Positions 47,484 to 59,935 of a DNA stretch of 64,000 nt are shown here, one piece after another; within the stretch, counting starts at the first letter, position 1, and each line of letters starts with the position of its first letter. Made by a program: the position numbers and the translations under genes. The notes under the pieces were generated by a model that worked only from the letters and a program-made list of their open reading frames with translations, did not search any database and was not told the DNA's origin. The DNA comes from Protoeuglena noctilucae (Eukaryota), in NCBI GenBank assembly GCA_958009085.1, contig OY253668.1:620001-684000 (forward strand). Reading direction: 5' to 3'.

Positions 47484-50400
47484 ATGGCGAGCGTGGCGCA
47501 GGAGCCCGGGTATCCCCTGGCTCCGGGCCCAGCCAAGTCCTTCGACCATGATACACTCGAGCAGCGTATCAGGGACGCCCTCGCCCTCAGCATCGCCCAG
47601 GTGCAGCCCGCGAGCGCGACCGGTCCACCGTCCCCATCGCGCGGGGCAGTCCGCCGCGCCTGCACACCGTCGGAGAAGACGCGCTGGTTATTATCTCTTC
47701 CCACGCAGGGCCAGGGCGTGACGACGCGCGACGCGCTGGAGCGCCTGTCGCTGTCGGTGTTGCTCCAGGACGTCCCCGCGGCGCCCGTCACCGCCACTCG
47801 CAGGCGCGCCCTCTTAAAGGTGAGTCTTTTGTTTAACAAACGAAATGTTGCATCGGGACCGTCCTACGACCCTCATACAGGGCCCCGGTGACATCCGAAT
47901 GCATGTGCTGGCTCACACAGGACCGGAAGCTCAGGGATGCCGAGCAGTACGTCCGGCACGTGCTCGGTGCAGTCCTCGGAGTTCCCGCGGACACGTCCAG
48001 TGACGACAGCGATGCGGAGAGGGAGCCAGGCGACGTGGCACGAGGCACAGAGGAGAAGGCCGTCCCTCTGGCACCACCACAGCTCCCTGCAGACGTGCCC
48101 GTGGACGCCACGGTGCCCTACGAGCCGACAGAGCAGCGAGCGCCCTCGACCGACCGCGAGCATGCGCCAGGGCAGCCTCGCCAGGCAGGCTCAGCACCTG
48201 CCCAGGAACCTGCATCACGGCCGCCGGCCACGCACGGCCACGAGCGAGGGGGCGTCACGGCGACGTCCCCCGTCGGGTCCGACGACGGGGAAGTCCCCCG
48301 CGACTCCGCCGCTCTCCCGCCGCCCGTCGCCTCGTCGCGCCAGCCCCCGCGCGTCGTCGTCGTTCGCGAGTCCCGCCCTTCCCCTGGGCCACCCGGCGCC
48401 GACCGGGCGGCTCCCAACGCACCCGTGGTCCGCGTGGAGCGTGAAACGCCAGAGTTTCGGCCCGTGCTCCCCGCCGAGGTCCGCCGGGGCAGCCCGTCCG
48501 AGCCACCCAGCACCCCCAGGAGCTCGCCTGCCGCTGTTGTGGTGCGGGGCACGGCGGGGGGCGCGGACCGCGACGACAGGTCGGCCCGAGTGAGGAGTCC
48601 CTCCCCGGGGCGCGGGGAGATGCTGTTCACAGCCGCAAGCACCCCGGGTGACGGGTCATTTGAGCGAGGCATGGTGGGGCCTGCGACGCAGGCAACGGGC
48701 GGGGCCTTTGAGCAGGCGGGGCTGGCGGCGGCGACGGAGGTGGCGTCGGAGCTGGCGAGGGCGGTGGGTCACCTCAGGGACTTTGCCCGGACGCTGGCGG
48801 AGGCCACAGGACCGCTGGCGGGGGTGGCGAGGGTCGCCGATCAGGGGCTGCCCCAGGTGAGCCGGGCGAAGCGGCTGGCGGCTTACTCATTCAGCATATT
48901 CGCAAATCTGTGACGCTCTTGTGTCTGTTCGTTGCTCAGGTCGCCGCTGCTCATCCTCTCTCTGCTGCGGCACCAACGCCGGGAACTGCGCCGGCTGTGA
49001 GGCAGGGGCATGCGGGACATGAAAGATTCGGCAACAGGGACGAGGCGACGGCGCACGGCGACCGATCAGAATTTGCTGTCCGGGATGCTGGCCCCTCGGT
49101 CCCTGCCGAGACGGCAGTCCTGAGTCGCGGTCACATGGCGGGCGCGCACCCCGCGCAGGGCAGGGGCGGGGCGCACCCGGCCGCCCGCGCGGCCCCGTCG
49201 GTCGAGGACGTGTGGGAAGATGTGCCCGTGAAAGTGCGCAGGAAGGAGCCCCTGCCCCCGGAGCTGGCGCTGGCGGTCGACCGTACGCTGGCCACGGTAC
49301 GCGACGTCATCAGAGGTACGGCCATTGCCAACTGAGACGCGGTCGTTCGCTGCCATCCATGCGGGTAGCAGAAGCAGTGGCAGTGATGTCCTTGCCACCC
49401 CTGACATCACCGCCTCCCGTCTACCCGCGACCCTCATCACATCACCTGTCTCCGGTCGCAGATCCCCGCGGCCCCCCTCCCGCGCCGTGGCTGGACGCCA
49501 ACGACGACGCCCACCGGGACGCAGAGGAGGCCGTGGCGGCCATGCTGGGCGGTTACTTTGACTACTCACGCGCCCGTGCCGAGCTCCACTTGCTGGCCGG
49601 TGAGGGGCACAAGAGAGGTCCAGAACGTGTCATTAGCGCCTCTGCGATGACATGGAGGCCCATTCGTGCTGGGTTCGGTGCCTGCAATGACAGGCACACG
49701 CGTTCCTGCCTCATGCAGAAGTGACGGCCGACATGGCGCCGTCACGACGACGACAGGCCGGGGCGGGCGATGGGGAGGGCGCCGACGGTGGCAACTGGGG
49801 CGAGGCGCGCGCGGTGGCGGCGGACCCGATCCCGGGCCCGTCGGCGTCGCTGGAGGACTTCCAGCGTGCCGTCCGCGGCCAGGTGGCCCTGCGCATCGCT
49901 GCTGCCATCGCAGAGGAGAGCCATCGCGCCGCCAGCGCCGTGCAGCACCTGCATGCGGGCGTCCCGGCCAGGAGCCCCCGACGGCGGCGGAACGAGCCGA
50001 GGGAGGCCGGGGCCGCTCCGGCGAAAGCAAACCCGGCCGCTGGCGGCGCCAGTCCTGCTGTGCCAGAGTCCGCCGTTTCGCGAGTGCAGCGGCTGGCGGC
50101 GGAGCACGCGGCGGCTGAGGAGGCGCGCAGGCGCAAGGACGGCCTCGGCAGGGCGGAGCGGGGCGTGTCGCCGGCGTGGGCGGACGGGGCGGGGGCAGCG
50201 AGGGGCGCGCGCGGGGGTGTCACTGCACCGCCAGTGCCGGCGGCCGGGCCCAAGGTCCGCCTGAGCGAGTGGGCGTCGCGGAGGTCGCCCTCGGCGGGCG
50301 CGGCGGGAGAGCCCAGCGCTCCGCGGGAGCCGTCCCCGGGGCGCGAGTCGGCGTCGGGGCAGCAGCGGCCGCCCAGAAGCGCCCCGGTGGTGGCGTTTGG

Positions 50401-53243
50401 GAGCCGGGTGGGGGCCCCGCTGCCGGAGCCTCCCGGCGCCGCCCGTTACCAGTCCGCGCCGGGCAGCAAGGCGTGGCTACCCCGCGTGGCCACCCTGCAG
50501 CGCGTCCGACCGGACCACGCCGTCTTCGAGGCGAGTCGCAAGTGCAGTGTTATGAATGCATGCTTGCGAGGATCTAGCTAATTATATGGGCGCACGATGG
50601 GAAGCATGTACTTGCTGCTATGCCGACTCATCGCCGCTCTGCCTCTCGCTGCACCCACTGTGCCGACGTTTCCAATGGCGTCCTGACACGCTCCCGCGCC
50701 CTGCCTTCCTCGGCCGCAGCGACCCGCCTACCCCACGGCGCCCGTCCTCCGCGACGTGCGCACCACGTGGAGTGAGACGGCCCAGCGACGGAGGCCCAGG
50801 CCACCTCCCAAGTCCGTGGTGCTGCAGCTGCCGGTGACCCGGAGCACGGGGGTCCAGTTAGCTCCCAGCACCCCGGAGCGAGCTCGGCCGGCCTCATCGC
50901 CCGCACCGGGGCCGCCCTCTGCCTCCCGCGCGACCGCCCCGGCCGCAGCGGCACAGACGGACGCGCCCGCACGCACCGTGCCGCGCCCACGAGCGACGGC
51001 GTCTCAGACCCGCGCCGCCCCCGCCGCGAGGCCCCCCACGGCGACGGACAAGCAGCGCGCGTTGCTCCAGAGTCTGTTGGACCAGGTCAACAGGCGCGCC
51101 CAGGACCTCCGGGCAAAGACGGATGCCGCCACGTCCGCTCCTGGGGCAGACGCCGCCTCCCCCTCCGCGTCCAGCGATGCGATCGTCGACGCGCTCGCGG
51201 ACGCCGTGGTGGCGCGGCTGCTGGAGAGCCCTGCGGGGAGCGAGTCGCGGGAGGACGACGGGCGGGAGGTGGGGCCGGAGGACTCGGACGTGCTGCGTCA
51301 GGCGGCGGTGGACATCCTCAGCGAGGAGGCGCTGCGAGCGAGCACCGGCGGGTCCTCTCAGGTGCGCGTGACAGTGCACCTCAGCAGCTGGGACTGTGCA
51401 GCTGGGGCCTGCATTGATGGGCAAGCGCACATGGTCTGGCCATGCGCTGCTGAGGGTTTCTGATTGCTGTGGCACCGCCACCAGCCCACCGATCTGTTGT
51501 TCGTCGCGTCCGCTGCAGGGTACGCCAGCGGACGTGGTGGCAGCTGCGGTGCGGCAGTCGTTTGGGGTGCAGACGGATGGCCGAGCGCCCCACACCCCGC
51601 TGCTGTCGGCGGCCGCGGACCTCTTCCACGCGCGCCCCAACGCCGCTCTGCCCTCCGCCAACCTCCTCTTGTACGGCGTGCCTGCCCTGCCCAAGCCCCT
51701 CCACGCCAAGCCCCCACCGTCGGCGGACGTGCCTGCCGCCAGACGCCTTGACGGCCAGGGCGCCGCGGGTCCCGACGAGGGATTCCTGGAGCTCATGGCT
51801 GCGCTGCAGGGCCGCCTGGAGAGTATCCGCCGGGGCCTGGCGGAGGCACCTGACGAAGTGCGGATGCCAGAACGCCCCGACCTGGGACTGCCGCGCACGC
51901 CGCCGTCGCCGACGCCCATGCACTCGCTGGAGAATCTGCAGCGAGCCGAGGTGTCCGCTCGCGTGGGGGTCGCGCCGGAGGGGGACGAGGGGGTGGACGG
52001 CACTGGCACGGCGTGCGAGGGAGCGAGCCCGGGACCGGCGGGCAGGGTGGCGACGGGCGGGGCAGCCCCGGGGCCGCGTCTGCTGTTCCGGGAGCGGCGC
52101 GAGGGATCCACGGAAGCGTGGGCCGCGGCGGAGGACCTGGCGGACCCCAGCTTGCGCCCGGCGGGGATGCCTCGCATCGACACGGTGGCACGCGCCGACG
52201 GTCACAAGGCAGGGGTCGTGGAGAGAGGGGCCGTGCGGCTGTGGGCACCCGCCGCGGACGCCGCTCGGGACAGGTGAGCGCGATGCTGGAGGCGCTGGGA
52301 GCGTGGGCGACTGTGAGGGCGTGCATGGAGTGTCCATGCTTTGGTGACTCGTATCGACAATAAGACGATGACACCTAGGGCGACGTGAGGACCACTCGGG
52401 CCTCTAATCAAAGATTGTGCTGTTCCTTTCCGCAGCAGCGACTGGGCGGGCCCCGTGCTGCAGCGGCTGCGGGAGTCCCGAGCCCGGGCGTTGCTGGCGA
52501 GCCTGAGCGACGAGCGCAGCGGCTACATCACGTCTCAGGAAGGCACAGGGTCGGGGTCTGCGTCAGAGGGACAGGTGTCGGCGCAAGTGAGCCTGGAGCG
52601 CATCCGGAGGGCGCTGTGGGAGGCGGCGCCGAACGCAGCGACATCGCAGGCGGCGGGAGGTGCAAGCGCCGGGGGTGCCATGCCGGGGGCGGGAGGGGTG
52701 CAGGGGGTTCAGGGGGTGCCTGCAACGGTGCGGGAGGGGCGGAGGCACAGTGGCAGCGAGAGCAGCGGAATCGGGAGCCTGGACAGCAGCGGCAGTGGTG
52801 GCGGCGACTGGGCACGGTGAGGGTTGCTGCGATGCCTTTGCAGTCCAGGTCATGACGTCGCAGCTCTGCTCACTTCGCGTCGCATAGGTTGTGGCTAGTC
52901 ATTCCCTCTGTCAAACAGAGCATGCGTATGTATGTGTGTTCGATTCATCTGCCAAGGTGCGCCACGGTTGATCTCATCGGGTGCCTGCAGGGTGTCCAGC
53001 ATCGCGGCGCCGCCTGGGGACGTGCCGGGCGGGCGTGGGCCCAGCGACGGCGGGGAGGATGACCCCGAATTGGACGCGGTGTTTGAGAGGTTGGGTCTGA
53101 CCGCTGCTGAGCGGGAGCTGGTGTCATCCATGCTGCCCTTACAGCAGGACAACCGCCTGCCGCCGAGCGCGTACTTCGGGCACCGCCCGGTCGTCTCCAA
53201 AGGCCTGGGCAGCGACAGCGGTGGCAGCCGAGGGCGGCAGTGA
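47484..53243 (+). CDS. Large uncharacterised protein: disordered Pro/Ala/Ser regions with short amphipathic helices
   Basis: ORF blocks at 47484, 47921, 48940, 49721, 50720, 51519, 52435 and 52991 are bounded by splice motifs. Junctions checked in frame include GC-AG intron 50531-50719 and intron 52817-52990. No family recognised. Confidence 0.6.
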
Positions 53244-53405
53244 TGGTTGTGGCGTCGCGCGGGCATTGCCCAGGAGCGTGCCAGAAGCGTGTTGAAATGT
53301 GTGGCTTATCAGTGATAGTACTGTACAGTAGTAGCTTTGCACTGTCCCAGCAACGGCAATCACGCCATGCACCAAATGCACTGCAGCGAGACCACCCTCG
53401 CGCTG

Positions 53406-56400
53406 CTAGTCGGTCCACTTGTCGGTGGAAGGCACGTCCCGCAAGGCGTCCCACTTCCACGCGACCTTGCCCAGGGCCTCCACCTCCGCGCTGCGGCGGG
53501 CCCAGTCGAGGAGCCGGGCGCGGTGCTGCTCCGCCTCCCGCTGCACCTCGCCCGCTGCAGGGACGAAGGAAAGGCGCACCATCATGTCGCACACCGCACC
53601 GTGCGACAGGAGACCGACACGCATGACAGTGGGGATACAGGGGCAGGCGCGACGACTACATGACTACACTACAATCGGCAGAGGCGGTCTCGACTCCTCG
53701 CCTGTTGCGTCGGGAGGGAGCGGGGTCGGGGTCGGGACGTCCGCCAGCAGACCCCGCGCCGATGCTAGAAACGCCTCGAGGGCGTGCCCCACCACCGCCT
53801 GCATGCGCACGCAGTAGGCGCGGTGGCGCGGGTAGAGCACCTCCGCCAGGGCCCCGCACTCCCGCAGCATCTCGGGCGTCGGGCCGAGCGAGAAAACGTG
53901 CTCCGCCAGCTTGGCCTCCTCGTTCTGCAGCACAGCACGTACGGGGTGCTTCATTCGATCCCAACAGCACCCCATCAGAGCCAGCGATGTCGCAGTTGAT
54001 GTGGCGTTAAGACTGCGCGTGGCGCTCGCACCTCCGCGCCCGCCCGGATGCGTGCCTTGCCCCTGCCACGCCCGCCGTCCTTCTTTCGGCCCCGGCCCCC
54101 GACCGTCGACGGAGCGGCGGTCCACGTGCCCCCGGCCGTCGTCGCCGCCGTGTGCGTGGTGTACGCGCTCATCTCTGACCACCGCATGGATGCCAGGCTC
54201 GCCACCGACATGACGTCCGCATTGCCCGCACCCCCCGCGCCCTCCGCCATCGCCGCGCTCATCGCCGCCCTGCGACTCCGCAGGTCCGCCAGCCGCTGGG
54301 CGTACTTGGCGACCTGCGTCGCGATTCAGGGGCTTGCTGTCAGGGCTCACACTTGACCAAGCAGCGATAAATTGCTCGCCCAGCCCCACCGCCCTGGCCG
54401 CAGCCAGCCATGCCGCCCAAACGCTGATCAATTCAGCATCTCTCGTGTCGCCGCGCCATTCAAGACCACCCCTTGTCTTCCTCGCCTTGTCCGGCAGCTC
54501 GGCTGCTTCCTCGACCATCGCGTCGGCGCGCTCGGCAGCCATGGGTAGCACCACAGTGTCTGCCAGGTCGCGGCGCCCGAGCCGCCAGCACTCGCGGAGG
54601 GCCTCCTTCCACTGCCCGCCTCGGCACAGCAGGCGCACGGCGTCGTCGGCGTCGCCCAGGTAATCCAGTGCCACGCGCGACGCCTCCACGAACGACTGCG
54701 GCACGAGGCGAGGAGAAAGGGATTGTGGTCTTGACACAGCGGAGTTGTGCTTGTGAATGACTGGGAGCCAGGGACAGTGGCTAGGACAGTGCATGCCTTG
54801 CCAGCTAACTCTATTGCTCTTGTCGACCATAACGCTCGCCACCCATCCACCCACAGCTATCATGTGATGCAGCAACTGCATAGTCGCCCACCAGTACCAC
54901 TCACTCCTGCGAATTCCAGCTGCTCCACCGTGCGCGCCGCCACGCCCCGCAGAGCGTCGGCACTCAACCCCTCCCTCGCCGCATCCACCATCGCCATGCG
55001 CCAGTCCCCCGCCGCTCCGTGCGCTGCCCTGGCGGTACCCCACGCCCCCACCCCCGCCAGCACCACCGCCGCGTCTTCCGCTTTGCTGGTCGATGCCAGC
55101 CAGTTCCCGTACTCCCGCAACACCCGGTCCCGTGCGCCGTCTCCCTGCCCGCCCCCCGCCGCCAGCCACGCCAGCTCCCGCAGGCACCCCCGCTGCCGCG
55201 CCACCTCCACCGCCCGGCTCAGGAACCGCGGGCCGCCCTCCCAGAGGGCCAGGACGGACCGCCGGTGTCGCCCGAGGAAGGCGTCGATCTGGTGGCGCAC
55301 CAGGCACCGCGACTCGGTTTCTGACAGGCCCTCTGGCACCGCCGTCAGGGCCCGCAGCTCCTCCGCGGCCTCGGCGGGGTCCATGTCCCCGGCATGCGTC
55401 GCCACTGCGGTCGACCGGGACGATAAGCGTGTCATGCGCATGCGACTGCATGTGTCGGGCCAGGTTTGGTACTCAACGCGGCAAAGCAGCCCCGGTCCTT
55501 TGCTCACCCAGATACGCCATCTGAGTGTCGTAATCCCCCAGCGCGGCACGGTACAGGTCCCGCGATCCCGCCAGCACCAGCAGGTGCCGCATGGCGCCCT
55601 CGCTCGTCATCACACGCGCCGCCACCGCCTGCCCCGTCGCTGCCACGGGTGGGCCCTGGCCCAGCTCCGCCGCCCGCAGTCGCCGCACCCACCGCAGCGC
55701 CCCCGCGGGGTCCGCGGGGTCCGCCCTCAGATGCGACGCCAGAATCGCGGGGAGGAAACCCCCGGCGTCCGACGCCGCCATCGCGTCCCGCAGTGCCAGA
55801 CACACCCGGGCCACTTTGCCCTCGGGGCCTCGCTCCCCACCCGCGCCTGGCAAGGGCCCCTCCCGCGCCCCTCCCCCGCCGACCGCCCACATGTCGGCGT
55901 ATGCTCCTCCCGGCCCGCACACGCTCCCGGGCACCAGCGCCCCCAGCAACTCCCCCAGCGCCGCCGCGCTCCCGAGACCCTCCACGATCGCAGCCGCCTC
56001 GCCCACGGCACGCGGCCACGCGAAGTCGACGAGCACGTTCAAATCTACGCGGTGTGCCGCAGCCGCACGGTACGCCCCGCCATAGTCGCCCCGAGTCAGG
56101 GCCTCGGCAACCCGGGCCAGGATCAGGGCGCGTGGGTAAACGCCTTCCAAGTTACCCCGAGGCATCTGCCAGAGACAGCGGGGAGATGAGGTGGGTGACT
56201 TGGCCGGCATTTTATGTCATGTGGCGTTCGCACCGCATGTCTGCGCACAGCATGTGCTACCCTCACCTGCAGGACCACCGTCTCCGTCCCTGGCGGCGCG
56301 GCCACCACCTCGGCACCCTCCTCGACGCGCCGGATGCCCACACCCAGGCCACCCCCGTTCCTGGCCCTCCCGCCCCACCTCGCGCGGTCGGCGTCACCAG

Positions 56401-59400
56401 CGCGGGCAAACACCCGCGTCTTGCCCGCGTCGCTCGCTGCCCGGTCGCCCTCCGGCGCCGGCGCCGGGGCGGCACCCGGGGCAGCGGCCTGGGCAGGGGG
56501 CAAACCCTCCTCGCCGCGTGCCACCCTTACAGCAACATCTTCCAATCGCACCACACGCATCGCATCGCCCACCGCCATTACGCACACCAGGTACGCGCCG
56601 CCGGGTCCCCACGCGCGAATCGCGAAAGACCTCACGCCCGATGCCAGCAGGGCCGGGCCCCAAAGAAGCGACCCGGTGGAGGTCAAGCCCAGGAGCGGGG
56701 CACGGGGAGGCAACAACGACGCTTTGCTCGCCACCGCGCCCCCTGCCCACGCCGCCGTTGCGTCCCAGGCCGCCGCAGAGCTGCCGTCGTCTTCGCTCAG
56801 ACGCGACAGCGCGGCTGTGTCGGCCCAGGGACTTGCCGCCACAACAGGACAGCAGGTGTTTTGAGGGAAAGCCACGGAAGACGGCAGCACGTCGCACGTC
56901 CATCCCTTTTCATTGACGGCATAAATCAGCGCAAGGGAGCCGTCACCCATCTGAGCCACGCACCCGCCCGCGGGCCCAGGCAGGGCTGTGAGCGACACCA
57001 CGCCATGCGCGGCCGCGGCGGGGAGCGCCAGGGGATGCGTGGCTGTTAAGGACGCGTGCCTGAGCGCCGACCCGTCGACGTCCAGCGGCCCTGGCAGCCC
57101 CAGCTCCAGGATGACCAAGGAAAGCGCACCCGAGGCGCCCGCCTCCACGACGGCGACCGCGCTGGCACCCGCCCACGCCACGTGCCGAGCCCCGGGGTGC
57201 AGCGCGCCCTCGACGCGCCTCCAGGCCAGCAGGGCAGCTCCCACATCGTGCCCTGCGGGTTTGCCCCCAACTGCTAGTCCCAGCGTTTCATGGTCCTCCC
57301 GGGTCTCTTCCCAGAGGTCCGATTCCACGGCCTGGGGCTCAGAAACACCGATGGAACCCGTTTGTTGAGTTGCTCGGGCGCGGAGGTCACGCTGGCGATG
57401 CCACTTTGTCGTGCATGCACATCGACTGTAGCTATGTGCCATTATGCACCCAAGTGGTCACACACCGCTAGGTCTCTCCTTCGTTTCTGAGCATCACTCT
57501 TGCATGCCCCGTCACCTGAAGCACGCAGACTTCGCCGCTGCCCAGCACCGCCACGACCGCCTCATCGTCGCCCTCCCCCATGCTGGCCTCATCGCCACCC
57601 GCCGTGCTGCTAGTGGCGCCCGGAGCTCGCCAGCCGACGCAAGCAACGGGAGATCCCAGGTCTGCCGCCACCGCCCCATACGGAGGTGGGTGCAGCCCCT
57701 GCCGCAGCGGGGTCAGTCGCAGAATGCCCCCGTCGACCACAGCGGCCGTACCTAGGGCTGCGAGTTCAGAAAGGCGACGATACTAGAATTCCACTTTAGA
57801 ACCCATAGCAACGTCGAAACGCAGTCCATGATATACATCTCGACCCCACCCTCGCTCACCCGACACGTCCGTCGCCTCCGCAAACCGTACGCTCGTGACG
57901 GCCCCTGCGTCCGACACGACCACCAGGCGCCCCGGCAGCTCATCATCCCACCGCGCAAACACGTCCCCGGCGCCGCCCACGCGCCGCTCCCACTTCAGAT
58001 ACCAATGCCAGTTCCTCCGGAGCCACACCTGGACCGCCGAGGCCCCCGCCTCCTCTCCACCGCGAGTCACGACGCAGAGCAGGGTGGAGTCCGGAGACCA
58101 CTCCAGCGCCGACACGCGCGCGGAGCCACGCGTGGTGAATCCCCCGTGCTGCAGGCCGTTCCGTTCGTACAGGAGCACCCGGCACCCGGCACCCGGCCCT
58201 GCCACCTCTGCCCGGCGACCCTCCCACCTGCGAGTTGTCATGGGCAGCGCTATGGTTATCCAGAGACCAGCTTGCATTTCCACTGTCGTGCACGGGTACA
58301 AGATCTGACAGGCGAGGCGGCAACTGGCAACTGGCCCTGGCAACCACGTGAGGCATGTGGCGCACAAGCTACGAGAAAGCCTCGATATTCACCTTGGGAC
58401 GTCCACAACCTGGCCGTGCCGCGCGCGCGCGACGGGGTCTGGCCGCAGCACGAGTGGGGCGACGTCTTCTGTGGTGGCGACAAACACGTGGCGTCCGTTT
58501 GGCTGGTATGCCACGCACGGCTCCATGCCCGACTGGAGCTCTCCGACTGAATGAAGACTCAGGCTGTCTGCCTGCCGCTCCCACACCCTGCAAGAGGCGA
58601 TGGGGTGTACCAATGGTCTCGCTGCAATCGGCATGGCAAGCAACAACAGAGCCCAGCTGCACACGATGACGATAGCACAATTGACTCCACCGAGCCCGGC
58701 AACCGCACCTGAGGCGCCGGGCCCCGCCATCCAGGCCGCCCGCCATGTTGACGGCAAGGTAGCGACCGTCGCCACGCCACGACAGACACGCGCGGGGGGC
58801 GGCGCCTGCGAGCGCCTCGTCGCTGCCCGCGACGGGGACCGTCCCGGTGGCCGGCTCCCGGGGCGCGAGGCACCGGTCGGACAACCCCGTGGGGAGGAAG
58901 GCCTGGGCAGGTTCGCGCGAAAGCACTTCAAAAGATGACGAGAGGAGGACGAGGTCGCCGGACGCCGTGACGAGCGCAAGAGCGTCGCCCTCGGGGCTCC
59001 AGGCCCCGCCCAGGAGGCCCCCTGGCTCGTCGTGCACGCAGCCGAGGAGGCTGCCGTCATTCGCGGAGAGAAGGAGGACTTCTCCAGAGGACAGGCACGC
59101 GCACTGCGGGGCGAGCGGGGCGCGGAGGGCGTCACGCACGCGGCGGGGCCGGACAGGGCGGCGATGGCCGCGCGGGAGGGCTGCTGGCATCACCAGGGCG
59201 TCCTGCTCGAGGACGTGCTGCAGCCCGACGGGCTGGGCGCGAGGGTGGCGGCATGGGTGGCCGCCGATGGATGGGTCCGTGAGCGATGCGGCCCAGAGCA
59301 ACGAAACAGCGTCCGTGCGGCACGCGTAGACGCTGCCCTGGGTCGTGGCGGCGAACAGACGCTGGGCGTCGAGGCAGACGTGGCTCACGACCTCCTGCGG

Positions 59401-59587
59401 GGAGCAGACCCAGCGCGATGCGATATAAGAGACAATGTCTGCGCCATGGCGTACCACCCGCGCGCCTCCAGCGGGCATGCTCGCCACACCCGCCCCACGC
59501 AGCCCCCACCTGCGCCTCGGAGTCATCCAGAGGGGGCGCCAGGTCAATGAGCCCGTTCTCCTCTCGGAACACGCGCAAGTTATTCAT
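53406..59587 (-). CDS. ELP1: Elongator complex protein 1 (IKI3/IKAP)
   Basis: Starts MNNLRV. Motifs AWSPEGDAL, SWRGDGRYLA, LYERNGL, LEWSPDS, NWHWYLK, RRVEEGA, LQMPRGNLEGVYPR, HRVDLN, ALGDYD and DPAE, with a basic C-terminal region. GC-AG intron 54485-54314. Confidence 0.95.
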
Positions 59588-59935
59588 CCCCGCAAGCTCC
59601 TGGTCATCGTCGCCGCCCTCCTGGCGCCGCGCTGCACCAGGGCCGCGTCAGTCGCCCTGGGTGAACGCTGTTGGATCCCCTCAAGCGCCTGGAGCCGAAT
59701 GAGAACAGCTCACAGTGCTCTCGCGCGCTCAGTTGCCCAGAAAAGGCGCCCTTTGTTCTACCCTAGTCAGAACTCGTTCAGCGTCGCATCGGCCGCGAAT
59801 CGGGCGAGCGAGAGTGCAGTTTGCCTGCAATTAGGTCCACGCCATAGCATTGCGACATCTGTAAGCAGTTGCCCGAGGAAATCGCCCGAGTCCCGGGAAT
59901 TCGGCGGCCCCGCGGGGGAGAGGGCGCAGGTCGCG

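Noticed and set aside
52932..53243. Separate small gene
   Set aside because: It joins in phase to the upstream gene through intron 52817-52990 and is better read as its last exon.
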